Under the pieces are notes generated by a model, which saw only the letters and a program-made list of their open reading frames with translations, was not told the origin of the DNA and did no database searches. Positions 1 through 11,996 of a stretch of DNA of 37,153 nt are shown one piece after another. The stretch is from contig JAYWIR010000063.1 in NCBI GenBank assembly GCA_036172245.1, positions 558,001-595,153 of the forward strand, written 5' to 3'. This DNA comes from Raillietiella orientalis. Taxonomy: Eukaryota. A program made the translations under genes and the position numbers. Position 1 is the first letter of the stretch. Every line of letters begins with the position of its first letter.

Positions 1-2274
1 GGCGATGGGTGGGTTTCCAGAATCTGCAGCCTGCGGCAAGCAGCCCAATAGCGATGAATAGACGGAAGGGAACGAAGCTGACCAATTAGGATATCATCCG
101 CGATGCAGAAGCAGTGATGTCTCTACGCTGCTGGCACGTATATCCGAAAATAGGTGAATTGATACGACAAACGCAAATGTTGCACCTTGAGTCACTTATA
201 TTCGAATGGTGATAATAATCTGCACAGAAAACTTCAGAATAATGGCGTCGCATTCAAATTCCGTGAATTTCAGCTAAAGCTAAAATGAGCATGTAGAACC
301 TTCTCCTGCTTTTTTGTATGCAACCTGGAATTGCATCGGCGAAATTATATCGGAATTCCAAGCATTCTTCAGCTTCTGTATCACTTGAAAACAACCAAAG
401 TTACGTGTCTCTGTGAAGCATTGGCACCTGCCTTCTCAGAATTGCAAACTTGAGATGAACCAGACTAAGCTGCTTTTTTGAGTTGTACGTGCACTACTCT
501 CAGAAGTGTGCGTGAACAGAAATTTCTGGATTTGCCTCCAGTAATCTCTTCTGTTTCGAGCCAGAGTTGAAGTGAGCACTCGGGAAATGACGAAAGCTAA
601 GCCAGGCTTCTGCAGCAGTCACCTTAATTCTTGCAATGACATGCTCCCAATTCGAGTTTCTTCTCGAAACTCACGAGCTTTTCTGCAGATCATGCAGGTA
701 AAACATCGCAAGCATGCCTGCTCGAGCTTCCATACTTCCCACAGATGATGCATCCTAGGCGTCTTCACGGTGAATTGAAAGAATTCTCGCAACGAATGTG
801 TTTCTGGAGGAAGTTGTTGGGAAAAATCTTCGATGGATCACGATGGCATACCCGCATTCCTTTTCACCAAGTTCTTGCCAGCTGGGGATTTCGGGGGCGA
901 TGGAAACGTTTCGCGTGCCCAGCGTACCCCACTCAGGTGAGCAGAGGCAATGTTTTACCGATTCTCCTTTCCGATGACTTCTCTGAAGTATCTCCCAAAA
1001 TCTTCCTTGCACTATTTTCGACTCTCTTGTCTCCGGCCACCTGCACCATAAACAGTCTCGCCACCTACTGTCTTCATCTTCTCTTGATGATTCAACAGCT
1101 GATTGCGACCTTCCAGACAACTATCTCCATCCATCACTTTTCTTCAATCTCGCTAATCCAATGCAGGCAACGTGGAAACGAAAGACATCATCAAGTCTCT
1201 CTCCACTAATAGAAACCATAAATCTCAAAATTCAACCCATATCGTTTCATCATCACCACCACAGGAAAAATTCTCGCATTTGTATTCTAAAACGGTCCCA
1301 TCGTCTTCATACCTTAGTTCCCAATTGTTGCCATGCAAGTAACTGTAGGATTCACTGGAGCTTACAGCTTTTCTACCCAAACCTCTCAACGTACAAAAAT
1401 GCATTCAACATCAATACACCAACTGTTTGTTTTTCACTCCTGCAACCAGAACGCAGCCCTCATACTTTCTCAGCACCACCGATAACCCTTTCACTAATCT
1501 TCACATACACAGGAAGACACTCTTCTGCAAAGTCAAAATTTTAGGTAGATTTATCCAGCAGAACAGCAGTCTGAATTTCTACATATCCTTGCAAGAGTAA
1601 AAAATGCACTCAAACTTGCAACGTTCAAATCCATTCTGTAAAGGACTCTCTCATTCATTTCTTTCTTTCGAACATTCGTCAATGTTGGACCGAGGGTAAA
1701 GTAAGAATTCAACTTCTCCAGACACTTGTCCAATAGAATTTCTATGGATGGGATGCAATAGTCTTTGCTCGACAGCTTTAACTGCCATGGTAATCCAAAG
1801 TATTTCAGTAATTGCTGGCCTTCTTTGTTTTACTCTCCTTTTATTTCGAATGTTTATTTTTTCACTTACCCGTATCCACTGTCTTCTTCTTGAGGTTTCC
1901 CTGTGTACCTGACACATCATGGATGTTGAATGACTATTGCTCCTTCCAATTCTATGCTTATGAAAGTGCTGATTTTCAATATATAGGCTAATTACTGAGA
2001 AATAATGAGCTGCACCCTTAATATAACAAATACAGAACACATTACCCATTCAAAACGATCACCCTCAGACAAAGTTACAATTGATTTGAACTCAGACATA
2101 CCACTGTTAATGCTATTCATTTCCTCAATTCAAAACACCTGAGATTATCAGTAGACTGTCTATCAGTCTGCTAAGCACTTTGAATATTTTTCCACATTTG
2201 CAAGCTCCAAGAAGGAATCCTTCACAACACATGTCAAACTGTAGCTAAAATAATAGCATCTGTCTTTAAAAAAC

Positions 2275-2332
2275 ATGCCTTTTAACCCTTGTACCATATA
2301 ATTATGCCTTTTAACCCTTGTACCATATAATT
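2275..2332. repeat. Perfect 29-bp tandem duplication (ATGCCTTTTAACCCTTGTACCATATAATT x2)
   Basis: Identical units at 2275-2303 and 2304-2332. Confidence 0.95.
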
Positions 2333-3849
2333 ACCATATGAATCTCAGAGCAGTCAGCTACTGGTTGGTTCACTTAATGAAACACATCCAAGGACATAGA
2401 ATAGTGACCACAAATATTGACTTGACCATCTTTGCTCTTCTGCAGTATGAGGAAACACCAGCCTCCTTTTCACTTTTGGTATGTAGAATGGACATAAACA
2501 TGAAAGCATCCTGTATTCCATCCATGCTTTCCTAACTGCTTGTATTTTTTGAACAGTCGATGTTGAACTCCCTATCCTTCTCTCCTATCCCTCTTCCCAT
2601 TTCCTCCCACTCACTCTCTAAACTTATGTCTTCTCACACAATGCAGAATTTAAATATGAACTCTGCACTCAAATGATTATCCAGAATTCAAACACAAAAA
2701 CTGGCCAGAGGTCTAGTTCCATACTTTCCATGAAATTGATGTCTATACACCCGCTGATGCTAAACAAGTACACATTCACTCTCAAATCAACAAACATTCA
2801 ATGAGAAGCAATTAGCTCATTTCATTTCCTAAGAAGTGTGATATTAGCAAGCTGTAAGGTTCTTCTGAGGACCGAATTCGCATCCATCATGCTTACATTA
2901 AGCAAAGCAAATTCACCAACTAACCTGACAATTCTTGATTCAATATACTTCCACTTACACACCCACAGAAATTCAATGGATGCACAGAAAGACAAACTTC
3001 CTTTTAAAACTCCAGGAACCCCTTGATCCTACAGCAGTTCCAGAAATATCCACACAGAGAGAAACACATAAATACCCTATAGCAGATACATTACTCTACA
3101 AACTGAACACATCAGCACTTTCCATCTTAATCACCTCAGTGTTCTCTATCAAAAATAAATCACCAAGACATAGCAACACCTTCTATCAAAAACACAGGAA
3201 CGCTCATCATGCACCTCAGATGGCTTGTCAATCCATCCAAGAAAGAAAATTTAAATTCCATTAATTTAATCTGCAGATTCCAAATTAACTAGCTAAGCTG
3301 CAAAATAACCCGCGAAACACGAGATGATACAGCACACCGGAAAATATTCTTTTTACTACACTTCCCCCTCTAATTTTATTGACTATTCCAATGTAGAAAA
3401 CCCCACCTAACACACTGAATTGCATATCCCAGTGCGTCACCATCGAACCATTACTCAATTTTACACCTACTCTTACTATGTACCAGTATACTTGAATGCC
3501 TCAGCACCTGTTCCATCCTTATAATCAACATTCAACCAACAATCCTATTTTCAACTCCCAAATACATTTTTCCAATGCTATAGCAACGTGCTACACAAAT
3601 ATGCACCACACTGGCTCACGAAAAAATTCACAACCACTTAAGCAACACAGCACCCAATCGCTATCCCTCCTATTTCCCTCAACCTATTTTCCACTCCAAT
3701 CATTCACAACTCCAACATTCCACAAATACAATAACCTCGAAGTACGATACCAACCGCCACCCTTACCTCAGCAGCAGTATTAAACACACAACATCATAGT
3801 CGCTGCACGGAAAACCTTAACAACATTGAGTTCGTTAAAAGACAATTCC

Positions 3850-4500
3850 AGCAACCGCCCAGCATCAGCATCGGAGTGCCCATCGATAGTCACTCCCACT
3901 GTCCCTCCCTTCCCACGTGGCTCCTGCGCTCATTTCTGCACATTCGGAGGTCACCGGTCCTGTGGACCAGGAAATCAGTGATTCAATCACAGCATGGATG
4001 GCTGAGTGACAGTGACCTAACACCACCACTCCCGTGCCCTCAGTGCCATTCCCCCTTGCCTCAGCTTGCAATGTGCAGTGACCTCCTTCACATGAACTGC
4101 TATTTTTCCTATGGATCCCAAGTACATCATCGTCACCACCGCAACGGACGCTACAACGTGACCCGTCTTCCCTCCCTTTCGGAAAGGCAGCTCTTCAGCA
4201 GTTGAGGCACAGGGACTCTGGTGGTGGCAGATCTCAAAGCAATCTGCAAAAGATTGTTTTCGTTCCCTCCTGCAAAGCGAAGAAACTTCCCGAACCCTCT
4301 CGTTATCCCTGGATCGTGAAAACCTGGAAGATCGATAGGAATGCTGCAGTTTTGAAGCGGACAGCGGTCGCCTCCTAATCTCCCGGCAAATATTGTCCAC
4401 TGTGGAGTGGCTCAGTTTTGTACGTGCATCTGGTTCTTGGCAACATCGCTGCTCGCGCACTGCATGTGGTCACCCCACCACAGTCGCCTGCCCTTAGCGG
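3850..4500 (-). mobile_element. Possible highly decayed Ty3/Gypsy gag(-protease) remnant
   Basis: ORF 4017..4460 contains 'QEPD..TKL..TVDNICRE' (like the gag RLLQEPDLTL.KAVDICR stretch) and 'KGGKTGHVVA' (degenerate zinc knuckle). Resemblance by eye only. Confidence 0.25.
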
Positions 4501-4565
4501 TGGCTCGCAAAAAGTCTTCGCCTTGTGTTTGATCATTCCCGTATAGCATGAATGACATTGCATTC

Positions 4566-4579
4566 ACGAGAATTTCACA
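4566..4579 (+). repeat. Left target-site duplication of LINE insertion A (ACGAGAATTTCACA)
   Basis: Matches 5075-5088 at 13/14 positions and directly abuts the start of LINE homology. Confidence 0.85.
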
Positions 4580-5074
4580 GCCTCTGGCCCCTGTGGGACC
4601 GCTTTGCCGTGGCCCTGGGAATCCCTGGAGTCAACCCCACAGACGCTATTCGACCCCTCATCGCTCGGTCGCCAGCAAACTCGCCATGGAGCAACGGGAC
4701 GGGAGTACCCAGCGACGGGGATGCGACCGAATACGTCTTCCGCTTCTTGGGGATGGGGACGCGAAGGCCCCGCATATCCAATACCCAGCAACAGCATGCC
4801 GGCATCCTCCAAAGGATGTGACGGACACCAAAACGGATCACACTCTGCTGACTGTGATCCCTTCCCGCTCCCTCCCCAGTTTTGTTTATTTATTTGTTTT
4901 CTTTTTGTTTTTGCCCCTTCCCCTCTGCTGCTGGGATGGACCGCACCGGTCTGCGTACCTGCGACCCGGCAGGCTGCCAACAACTAGGGCGGGGGACTGG
5001 ACCATGCGTCCAGCCACAGATTCTGTAAATGTTTAATTCGAAAGAATAAACGCCCCGCCGCACACGGGTGACAA
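4580..5074 (+). mobile_element. Segment A: 5'-truncated L1/Tx1-like LINE insertion (ORF2 C-terminus + 3'UTR) with TSD and no poly(A)
   Basis: 'LWPLWDRFAVALGIPGVNPTDAIRP' matches segment H 'LRPLWERFAAALGIPGGNPRDALRP'. It ends 'GILQRM*' at 4821, as in segment J. T-rich 3'UTR and terminal motif at 5045-5070. Confidence 0.9.
5045..5070 (+). other. LINE 3'-terminal motif copy 1: AATAAA-CGCCCCGC-CGCAC-ACGGGTG
   Basis: 26-nt motif shared with five other 3' ends; inner base pair degenerate here. Confidence 0.85.
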
Positions 5075-5088
5075 ACGAGAATTTCGCA
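5075..5088 (+). repeat. Right target-site duplication of insertion A (ACGAGAATTTCGCA)
   Basis: Matches 4566-4579 with one mismatch. Confidence 0.85.
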
Positions 5089-6001
5089 ACTGCGAACTAC
5101 GGGAATGCTCGACGAATTTCGTTCAATCAAAGCAACCAATCTTATGGAGCTAATGAGCCCACGCTGATTTCCCTTTCTGTGCTAAGCAATGAGCAGCTCA
5201 GGTCCTCTGTGATAAAAGATTCGATTCTCTGCAAAGTCGCACTTCCGGTGGCTGAGAGGGCACCACCGGAACCATCCAACGCTGCAAGCAAGTCGCTGCA
5301 AAGCAAGTTCTCATGTGGGAAACCAATGTCCGCAACGTATCAATTGAGGAAGGAAGGGAAAACCGCTGCCTGAGAACAACCAAATGGTCTCTGCTCACAG
5401 AAATCTCATTAGAATACAGTGCATGATTTGCATCTCAAGTTCCCTGAATGTTACCGGCAGCTACGTGGTCTGCTCGGGAGTCCATTCTTACGAAAATTGT
5501 CTACCCCTTAAATTTTAAAGACAGCAAAGGTGGCATAGGTTAAAGAGAACACGGTTGTGTATGGGCAGAGCTGCGCAGAGATTTGTTGCAACGAATGAAG
5601 ACAAAGAAGCAGTTTCCATTTAAACATTGCAAAATGGAAGGTTAATATGGCTACTTTCGTGCTCTATTCGAATGGCTTCGGAGAAGCGCTCGTGCAGATC
5701 CTGTGGGCAACGCTGAGGTTGGGAAAAAGGGCGTTTTCCGAGCAATTGGTTTTTCTAGATGAAAAGGATTGTTGGCATTTGTGTGTACGTTTATGCTTAC
5801 AAATGCACAATAATCGAAGAGCATGTAGAAGTCCTCAAGTCCTTTTGGGATGAGAACCCATCAATCTGTCGATTATAAGGAAAGAATAAGAGCAGCGGAA
5901 TCGACATCTTGCCACTGCTGATGAAGGGATGGTTGATCTTTGCTCAAGTAACCTCTGACCTGATGATAGAGTTGTTGCATTACTGAAATTGAAGATATCA
6001 C

Positions 6002-6009
6002 CATGAGGA
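6002..6009 (+). repeat. CATGAGGA, left copy of the 8-bp direct repeat bracketing the LINE mosaic (candidate TSD)
   Basis: Identical to 28549-28556; both copies lie at or near the edges of LINE homology. Confidence 0.5.
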
Positions 6010-7407
6010 AGGATTGTGGCAGTTTAGGGGTACCTTTCGCACGTTCTGGAATAAGTGCTTTCCAGTGGTGGTATTTTGCGCGGTGCGCTGCGGCTTGCTA
6101 CGGGTTTCGTAGCCGCCGCAGAGGCCCCTGCGTTGGATTCGGCCTTTGACGATTTGGGAAGGTACAGCGAATAGAGCTGGAAGTCTTCGCCCTGTGGCGG
6201 TCTTCCTCCTCACCTACCTTTCCTACCGGGGGTCTTCGGAATTTCCCGGTTCCTGGCTTGGAGAGGTGCTTACCATAACGGCAGCGAGGGCGGGCACGGC
6301 ACTTGTCGAGCCCTCGCGCCCCTTTTTAATTGGCTTCCCCGCCGTGATTTCTCCCTTTTGGGGCGTTGCAGGTGGGGACGCCTGTTGCTTAGCCGCGTAT
6401 TGCTTGGCTCTTTCGCCAAGACTTCGCGTACAGAGTTTTTTCTTGGGTGCAGCGGCCTTTCGTGAATTGGTCTCTTTGACGCGACGAAGTTCCGCTGCTG
6501 CCCTTTTTTTTGCAAGTACCATGCACTTTTTGATTTCGTGCCCGGTTTCTTTGCAATAGCGAAATTTAGGGGTGAGATATTCTTTCATTCGGTATCCCTC
6601 CTTGCCGTACTACTCGCACGCGCGAGTGTTGCCTATGAACCACAGGTGAACGACCGTGCTGTTCACCTGCAGCTGCTCAGGTACAACACGCCTGTTCGCG
6701 ACGGTGATCCGCGCGGAGGCTTGTCCAATGTGGACAGAGGGGAAATCCTTTAGAGGATTTGGCCTCCTCCACAGAGCGTGCACGGTGGCGAACTTCGCCA
6801 GCACACTTACGACATAGCGGTCGGAGATTTCCGGCTCGATGTTGCACAATTGGACGACAAACGAGTCGTCCATCACGAAAGGCAGGACTCCCTTGCCACC
6901 GATGGACAATGGAGTACGGAGAAGGCGCTGCACAAGTGCCGCGTCCTTGCACCGTATCTTTGTGTATTCCATCCTGCCCACAGGCATGATAGCAAGGAGC
7001 TCCTCCTCCCGAACGCCGATACGGACGAGCTCATCGTTGAGCTCACGCCCGATCCTCCTGCTAAGGGGCCCACTGACCTTATAACAAAGTGCGGGCATGT
7101 AGCCGGATGCCACATAAGCCTGCAACTCCGCATCGCAGGGTCCTGCTCCCTGGGAGGTGACGGCGGCGTAGCTCCTCACCGAAGGCGAGGAAACCGTCAC
7201 GGAGGATGCGGCCGCTTGCATTCCAATTGAATTGGATTCAACGGCTGACTTCTCCTTACCATTCTTAGAAGTGGCCATGCTGCACTACGCTGCTTCGTCC
7301 ACTTCCAAGAAGCACACAAGTGCGAGCGAAAACTCACGCACAAAGATGCTCAATCACGGACGCAAAGAGACGCGAAAACACGTCTGTACTGTGCGAGCGC
7401 AGGAGAT
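6010..7407 (-). pseudogene. Segment B: LINE 5'UTR + ORF1 (ATG 7278), disrupted and 3'-truncated
   Basis: 'RSYAAVTS' motif; degenerate knuckles 'CE*YGKEGYRMKE' and 'RYCKETGHEIKKC'; in-frame stops at 6610 and 6223; homologous to segments D and F. Left limit uncertain (6010-6040). Confidence 0.85.
7371..7385 (-). promoter_or_regulatory. DPE-like internal promoter motif AGACGTGTTTTCGCG in the segment B 5'UTR
   Basis: Matches 11806-11820 (GGACGCGTTTTCTCG) at a similar distance (~21-23 nt) from the element 5' junction; fits the RGWYV DPE consensus. Confidence 0.45.
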
Positions 7408-8758
7408 TTCTCACCCGGTCACGCCGGGGCGTTTATTCCATATAACTTCAACATAAACAATTATATAAAATAAACCAGTTGGAAACCATGCCCCCAACCG
7501 ACGACGGAACAAGAATCAATAGAAGATTGCTGGCACGCAGGCCAGAATAACACAGAACGGTGTGGGGGTACTGGGGACACAAACAAACAAAAACAAAAGA
7601 CAAACAAATCAATGGGGACACCGGGACAAGGGTCTTTCAGATGGCCGTGGTTCGCACCGGGATAATAGTAATGGCACCGGCATTTTAGCAGAGCGAGTGG
7701 GGATGGGGTATGGGTGGGCAAGAGGTCGCAGGGGTCACCGGATTACGCCGTTCTCAAAGGTCTGTATACCTGCGATGTATGCCGGTGATGTCCTCATTCA
7801 CCTTGTCACGAAGATGAGACCACCTAGCAGCCTTTTTCATGGATTCTGCTGCAAATTGGTGAGCCTCCCTTCGCTGCAATGACAACTCGAGGGCGTAGAG
7901 GGCCTTCACGATGGCGCGAATGCAACACATGGTTGCAACAATCGCACCTACCGAAAATCCATCCCTTCTGAAGAAGCGCCACAGCACATCAATTGCAGTG
8001 CCTCCCTGCGGCAGGATGGCTGAAATCAGCCTTCGCCACAGTTCACGGAGGTCACCGCAGTCCAGCAAGAGGTGCGTAAAAGACTCGATCTCTCCGCACC
8101 TCAAACAGTTTGGCAAAGCAGCACCCCCGGAAACGATGCTTCGCTGCCTATTACAGTGAAATGCACAATGTAAAAAGAGCAGCACATCTTGTTTCCATTT
8201 TAAGCAAAACATGGAGTTGTCCAGACAAACGGGGGGAACCACTATCTCTTCGGGGGTTACACTTAAATGTTCACTCCACCGAAGCAGGCCCTTCGCCCGA
8301 TTACGAGGAGTGGCAGTTTCCACCAGCTCCTTTGTCGTCCAGCCGCCGAGGAGCTTACTGACTCCCGCTTTTTTGCCGGAGAATTCCCATTCCGCCGGTA
8401 GGCTACTGTCGTCGCTTTTCCTCAGGGCAGACAGTGCTGCGGCGAGTATTGTGGCGGTTAGACGATCCGACTTCTTGTCCTGCATGACTTCGTCCATTGG
8501 ATGACTGAGGAGAAGTCGCAGGAGACGAAGATATTTCTGGCGCGTTCCTTCGGAAGCTGCCCAAGATGAAAAGGATTTCTGCCGCCATGCATTATTGTTC
8601 ATAGGGAGGCAGGAGATCCAACATTGGGCATCCAGCAGTGAGGAAAGCTGCCTCAGCGGGAAGCCAAGTAATATTCTGGTGTGCTGAATGTGGGGCAGCA
8701 ACAAAAGCAGTCCCTCGCTTCCCGTGCAGCGCCTTAGTATAAGGCGTGCAGGTAAGCA
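7408..8758 (-). pseudogene. Segment C: LINE ORF2 C-terminal ~335 codons (stop at 7754) + 3'UTR; same family as G
   Basis: 'CLRCGEIESFTHLLLDC' zinc finger; colinear with 13731-15083; 5' breakpoint at 8758. Confidence 0.92.
7412..7437 (-). other. LINE 3'-terminal motif copy 2: AATAAA-CGCCCCGG-CGTGA-CCGGGTG
   Basis: Read directly from the sequence. Confidence 0.9.
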
Positions 8759-9748
8759 ACTTTCGGGGTCACGGCTTCGGCAGCTCCCCTCTCGCCACAT
8801 GTGTTTGCGACGGCGCGCGCGGCATCAACAGAGGCTTTTTCTTGCGCCTTCCTTGGCGCGCGGGGCTGCCTCTTCACTCCGCCAACCTTTATAATGGGGA
8901 AGTGGGAAGGATCGCGCGGTTTGCGCTCCTTCTTCCTTCCCCCAACAAAGGTCCAGCCATCCTCTCCGCCTTCCGGTTTGCCTCGGTTGGGTGCGAGGGC
9001 TTCCAGGGTCCTTCGCATCCTTTATAAGGCCTCGGATACGGCAATGGAAGCCAGTGTCTCCTTTGCCACGTCTGCCTTTTGCACCTCCGTACCGGAAGGA
9101 GCGGGAGGAGTGGCGGGATTCTCGGAGGTCGCGCGAGGCTTTTCAGCCTTTGCTGGCGTTCAACTCGCCGTGGCAGGCTTGCCTGTCGCGGGCAAAGGGG
9201 CGCGCGACCCCTTTTTCGACGCTACGGTGGTCTTCCCGGGCGTGCCACCGCTATTTCGCTCCGGAGCAAGAGCGGACGGAAGCGGTGGTTTTGCAGCCTG
9301 CCCGATGTTATCGGCGAGCTGGGTCGCTCGGGGCTTTACTGAAGCAGCTTGGAGAAGCTTCTTGTCCTTTCGCGCAAGTTTTTGTGGAGCATTGCTCCGA
9401 GAATCGCCCGCGCAAGCGGACTTTTTACTTCTCTGCTGCGAATCCTCGTTCGCGCCGGATTTCTTCCCCGACGACGGGGCGGAAGGAGTCGGCGCGCACG
9501 ACGATGTTGCAAGGAGGTTTCTCGTCCTCCTCTTTCGTTTTAGCTTGGCGCACTCGTTAATCGAGTGACCGAGCAGCTTACAGTATCGGCAACCGCGTGT
9601 TGGGCACTTCCGCGGACGGTGGCCCTCCTTCACGCAGTTGCCGCAAGCGGGGGTTTGCCCGGCAAACCGGAGATAGACGACGACCTCACCGAGGAGGATC
9701 TGCGAAGGCATGAGCCTCCGGTCGTCCATGGTGACGTGCGCCGTGGCG
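8759..9748 (-). pseudogene. Segment D: internal LINE ORF1 fragment with two CCHC zinc knuckles
   Basis: 'CGNCVKEGHRPRKC' and 'CRYCKLLGHSINEC'; two in-frame stops; 'QEKAS' stretch shared with the ORF1 of G. Confidence 0.9.
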
Positions 9749-11785
9749 ATTCACACCCGGATGTGCCGGGGCATTCATTTCAGTGAAATAAAAACACAGG
9801 AAATTTTGCGTGGCAATCCCCAAAGTTCACCACTCCAAAACAGCTTTATGGTTACCGGCTGCATGCCGGAGAGGTCCTAGCGATGCGCGGGTATAAGAAA
9901 TAACAAACAAAAAGAAACAAAAAGTTCAAATGTGGGGGGGGGAACAAATGTTTTAGGGGTAGCAGGGCAGGGAAGGGATCACGTTGCGCGTGGACAGGTC
10001 CTCTAGATCCTATTCAGGATCCGAACAAGCTGAGTCCTTTCAGCGCTTGAGTGGCGCCACTTGCAGACACTGCGTGCGAAAAGGCGAGTCCAGTGTAAGG
10101 CGTTGCCGGTTGGCTGACGCCTTCTTCTGGTGGCGTTCCAAGCCACCACTATTCCTCTGATGCAGCAGAGGACTTCTACGCTAGCGGGCGGGGACAAGGC
10201 GTCACTACAGAAGAGGCGCCTTAAAACGTCCTTTGGGCCGCATTGTCGCAACTCCAGGATCGCCGCGAGACGATCCCACAAAGGGCGGAGGGCTCTGCAC
10301 TCAAAGAGAAGGTGAAGGAATGTTTCCTTTTCCCCACACCGGTCACAATTAGGATCCACAGTCCCCCGGGTGGTGTGATGCAGGCGTGTTTTGAATAGTA
10401 ATCCCCAGAGTACCACAAGCGACGCCACATCCTGCCATTTCAGGGGGAGGGATGCACTGTTCCAGGACTCTGGGGGCCACTTCACCTCCTCCGGAGATAG
10501 TCCGAGTAGCTCGCCCCAGCGTCGAATTCCGTTGGGCGGCACACTCGGCGTCGCAGCGTCAGCTAGCTGCCGAGATGTCCACGCCTTTATCGATTGTGTC
10601 CTGCCGCCTATGGTGCAGGACAAGGTCCATTTCCCATGCTCGCTACTGTCCCTGGCATTTTCAAGGAAGGGCAGCACTGGGGCAAGGGGGGTTATCAGAG
10701 CCCACAGAAGCTGGTCATGGGACTGCACGATCTCCTGCAGCGTCCAGCGGGCGTGCCTTTCCAGGCAAGTGTTCCTTGTGCCCGCCGGAACGTGGATCTT
10801 TTCCCAGGAGGACACTGACTCGTGCAACCAGGCAGAGTAGTTCTTTGGGAGGCAGGAGATCCAGGCGTTTTCCCGAACCGCAACGGCCATGCGTCGCAGG
10901 TGAGAGCCACAATGTGCTCTTCTGCCGAAGCGCGCAGACAGAAACGACAAAACTCCGCCAGATCCGCAGGTTCGTTGGGCCAGGAAGCGTGCTGGAACGC
11001 ACCAAGGCGTATCCCACAATTCGGCCGCGAGGGCGGGAGTCCTGAACTGGAGTTGCAGTTCCATGCGCTCCAGCGTAAGTACGCCAAGTCCACCGTCCTT
11101 AAGTGGAGCGCACAAGTCTTTGAGCCTCACACGGGACCTCCCTTTGGAGAAGGCGAAAAAGGGGAACCGCAAACGCGTTCCACACCGCGGCCTGTTTCTG
11201 CAGGTAGAACTTGGTTTCTTGGAACAAACCGATCGCCAACGCTGCCTTTTGGAGACGGTCGGACCAGGCTTCTGCTGCGCAGTATTCCCCCAACGGAACG
11301 CCAAGGTACTTGAAGCACCTGCACGTGGGGATCCCCAAGCGGATCCAGTCCGACCGTCCAGCCCACGCCGAGCCAACACAAGCCATCGTTGCCTTCGCCC
11401 TGTTCTCCTCCAGGCCCGTCCCGCGGCGCAGCAACTCGAAGAATTCCTCGAGTGCACTTGCCGGGGTGAACCCAGGAAGCAGCAGCAGAAGATCATCTGC
11501 ATAGGCCGACACGGCTGGCGTGCCGGCACACGAGCTCGGTAGTGTTGCCAGAGTTACCCTGTATGCCCTCAGCACCAACTCGAAGTAGATGCTGAAGAGC
11601 AAAGGGTTCAAACTGTCACCCTGCCGGATGCCGCGGCGAACTGGCACGCCGTACACGTGCAGGCCGCTGAAACCAATATTTATATACGCGTTGCGCCAGC
11701 AGGAACGCAGGTTAGACCGGAGCACGGACGGGAAACCCATGCGTTCCAGGAGCTCCAGAAGGAGATCCTGGTCGACGCAGTCGAC
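9749..11785 (-). pseudogene. Segment E: 5'-truncated LINE ORF2 (RT core to stop at 10003) + 3'UTR; same family as L
   Basis: 'DCVDQ', 'RGIRQGDSLNPLLF', 'AYADDL', 'KYLGVPL', 'GGLG', 'CDRCGEKETFLHLLFEC'; frameshifting deletion near 11150. Confidence 0.95.
9754..9779 (-). other. LINE 3'-terminal motif copy 3: AATGAA-TGCCCCGG-CACAT-CCGGGTG
   Basis: Read directly from the sequence. Confidence 0.9.
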
Positions 11786-11805
11786 CGGCTTGCGTGCTCC
11801 AGGGT

Positions 11806-11820
11806 GGACGCGTTTTCTCG
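11806..11820 (+). promoter_or_regulatory. DPE-like motif GGACGCGTTTTCTCG in the segment F 5'UTR
   Basis: See 7371-7385. Confidence 0.45.
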
Positions 11821-11913
11821 GTGCTCCTCGTGCCAGGAAGTCTCCCCCAGTGCAAGCGTCGTGTGGTTCGGTGGTCGATCAGGCAGAGATGCCTGACGCG
11901 ACCACCAGGGATG

Positions 11914-11996
11914 GCCAGGGGACAGCGGCAACGCCGCCCCCAGAGGCGATGGAGAGCCAGGGGGCGGCGGCAACGTCGCCCCCAGAGGCGATGGAG
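11914..11996 (+). repeat. 42-bp coding tandem duplication in ORF1 of F (QGTAATPPPEAMES / QGAAATSPPEAMEV)
   Basis: Two units 42 bp apart. Confidence 0.9.

Noticed and set aside
1..3800. Short ORFs in the left flank
   Set aside because: No recognisable domains; small spliced exons cannot be excluded without transcript data.
7412..7431. Terminal hairpin as an iron-responsive element or histone stem-loop
   Set aside because: The bulge + 5-bp stem looks IRE-like, but the loop is 5 nt and variable rather than CAGUGN; it also does not match the histone 6-bp stem / 4-nt loop consensus.
8801..9568. Long antisense ORFs (also 17567-18451, 23292-24062, 26652-27326)
   Set aside because: They are largely shadows of GC-rich LINE coding frames, with no independent motifs.
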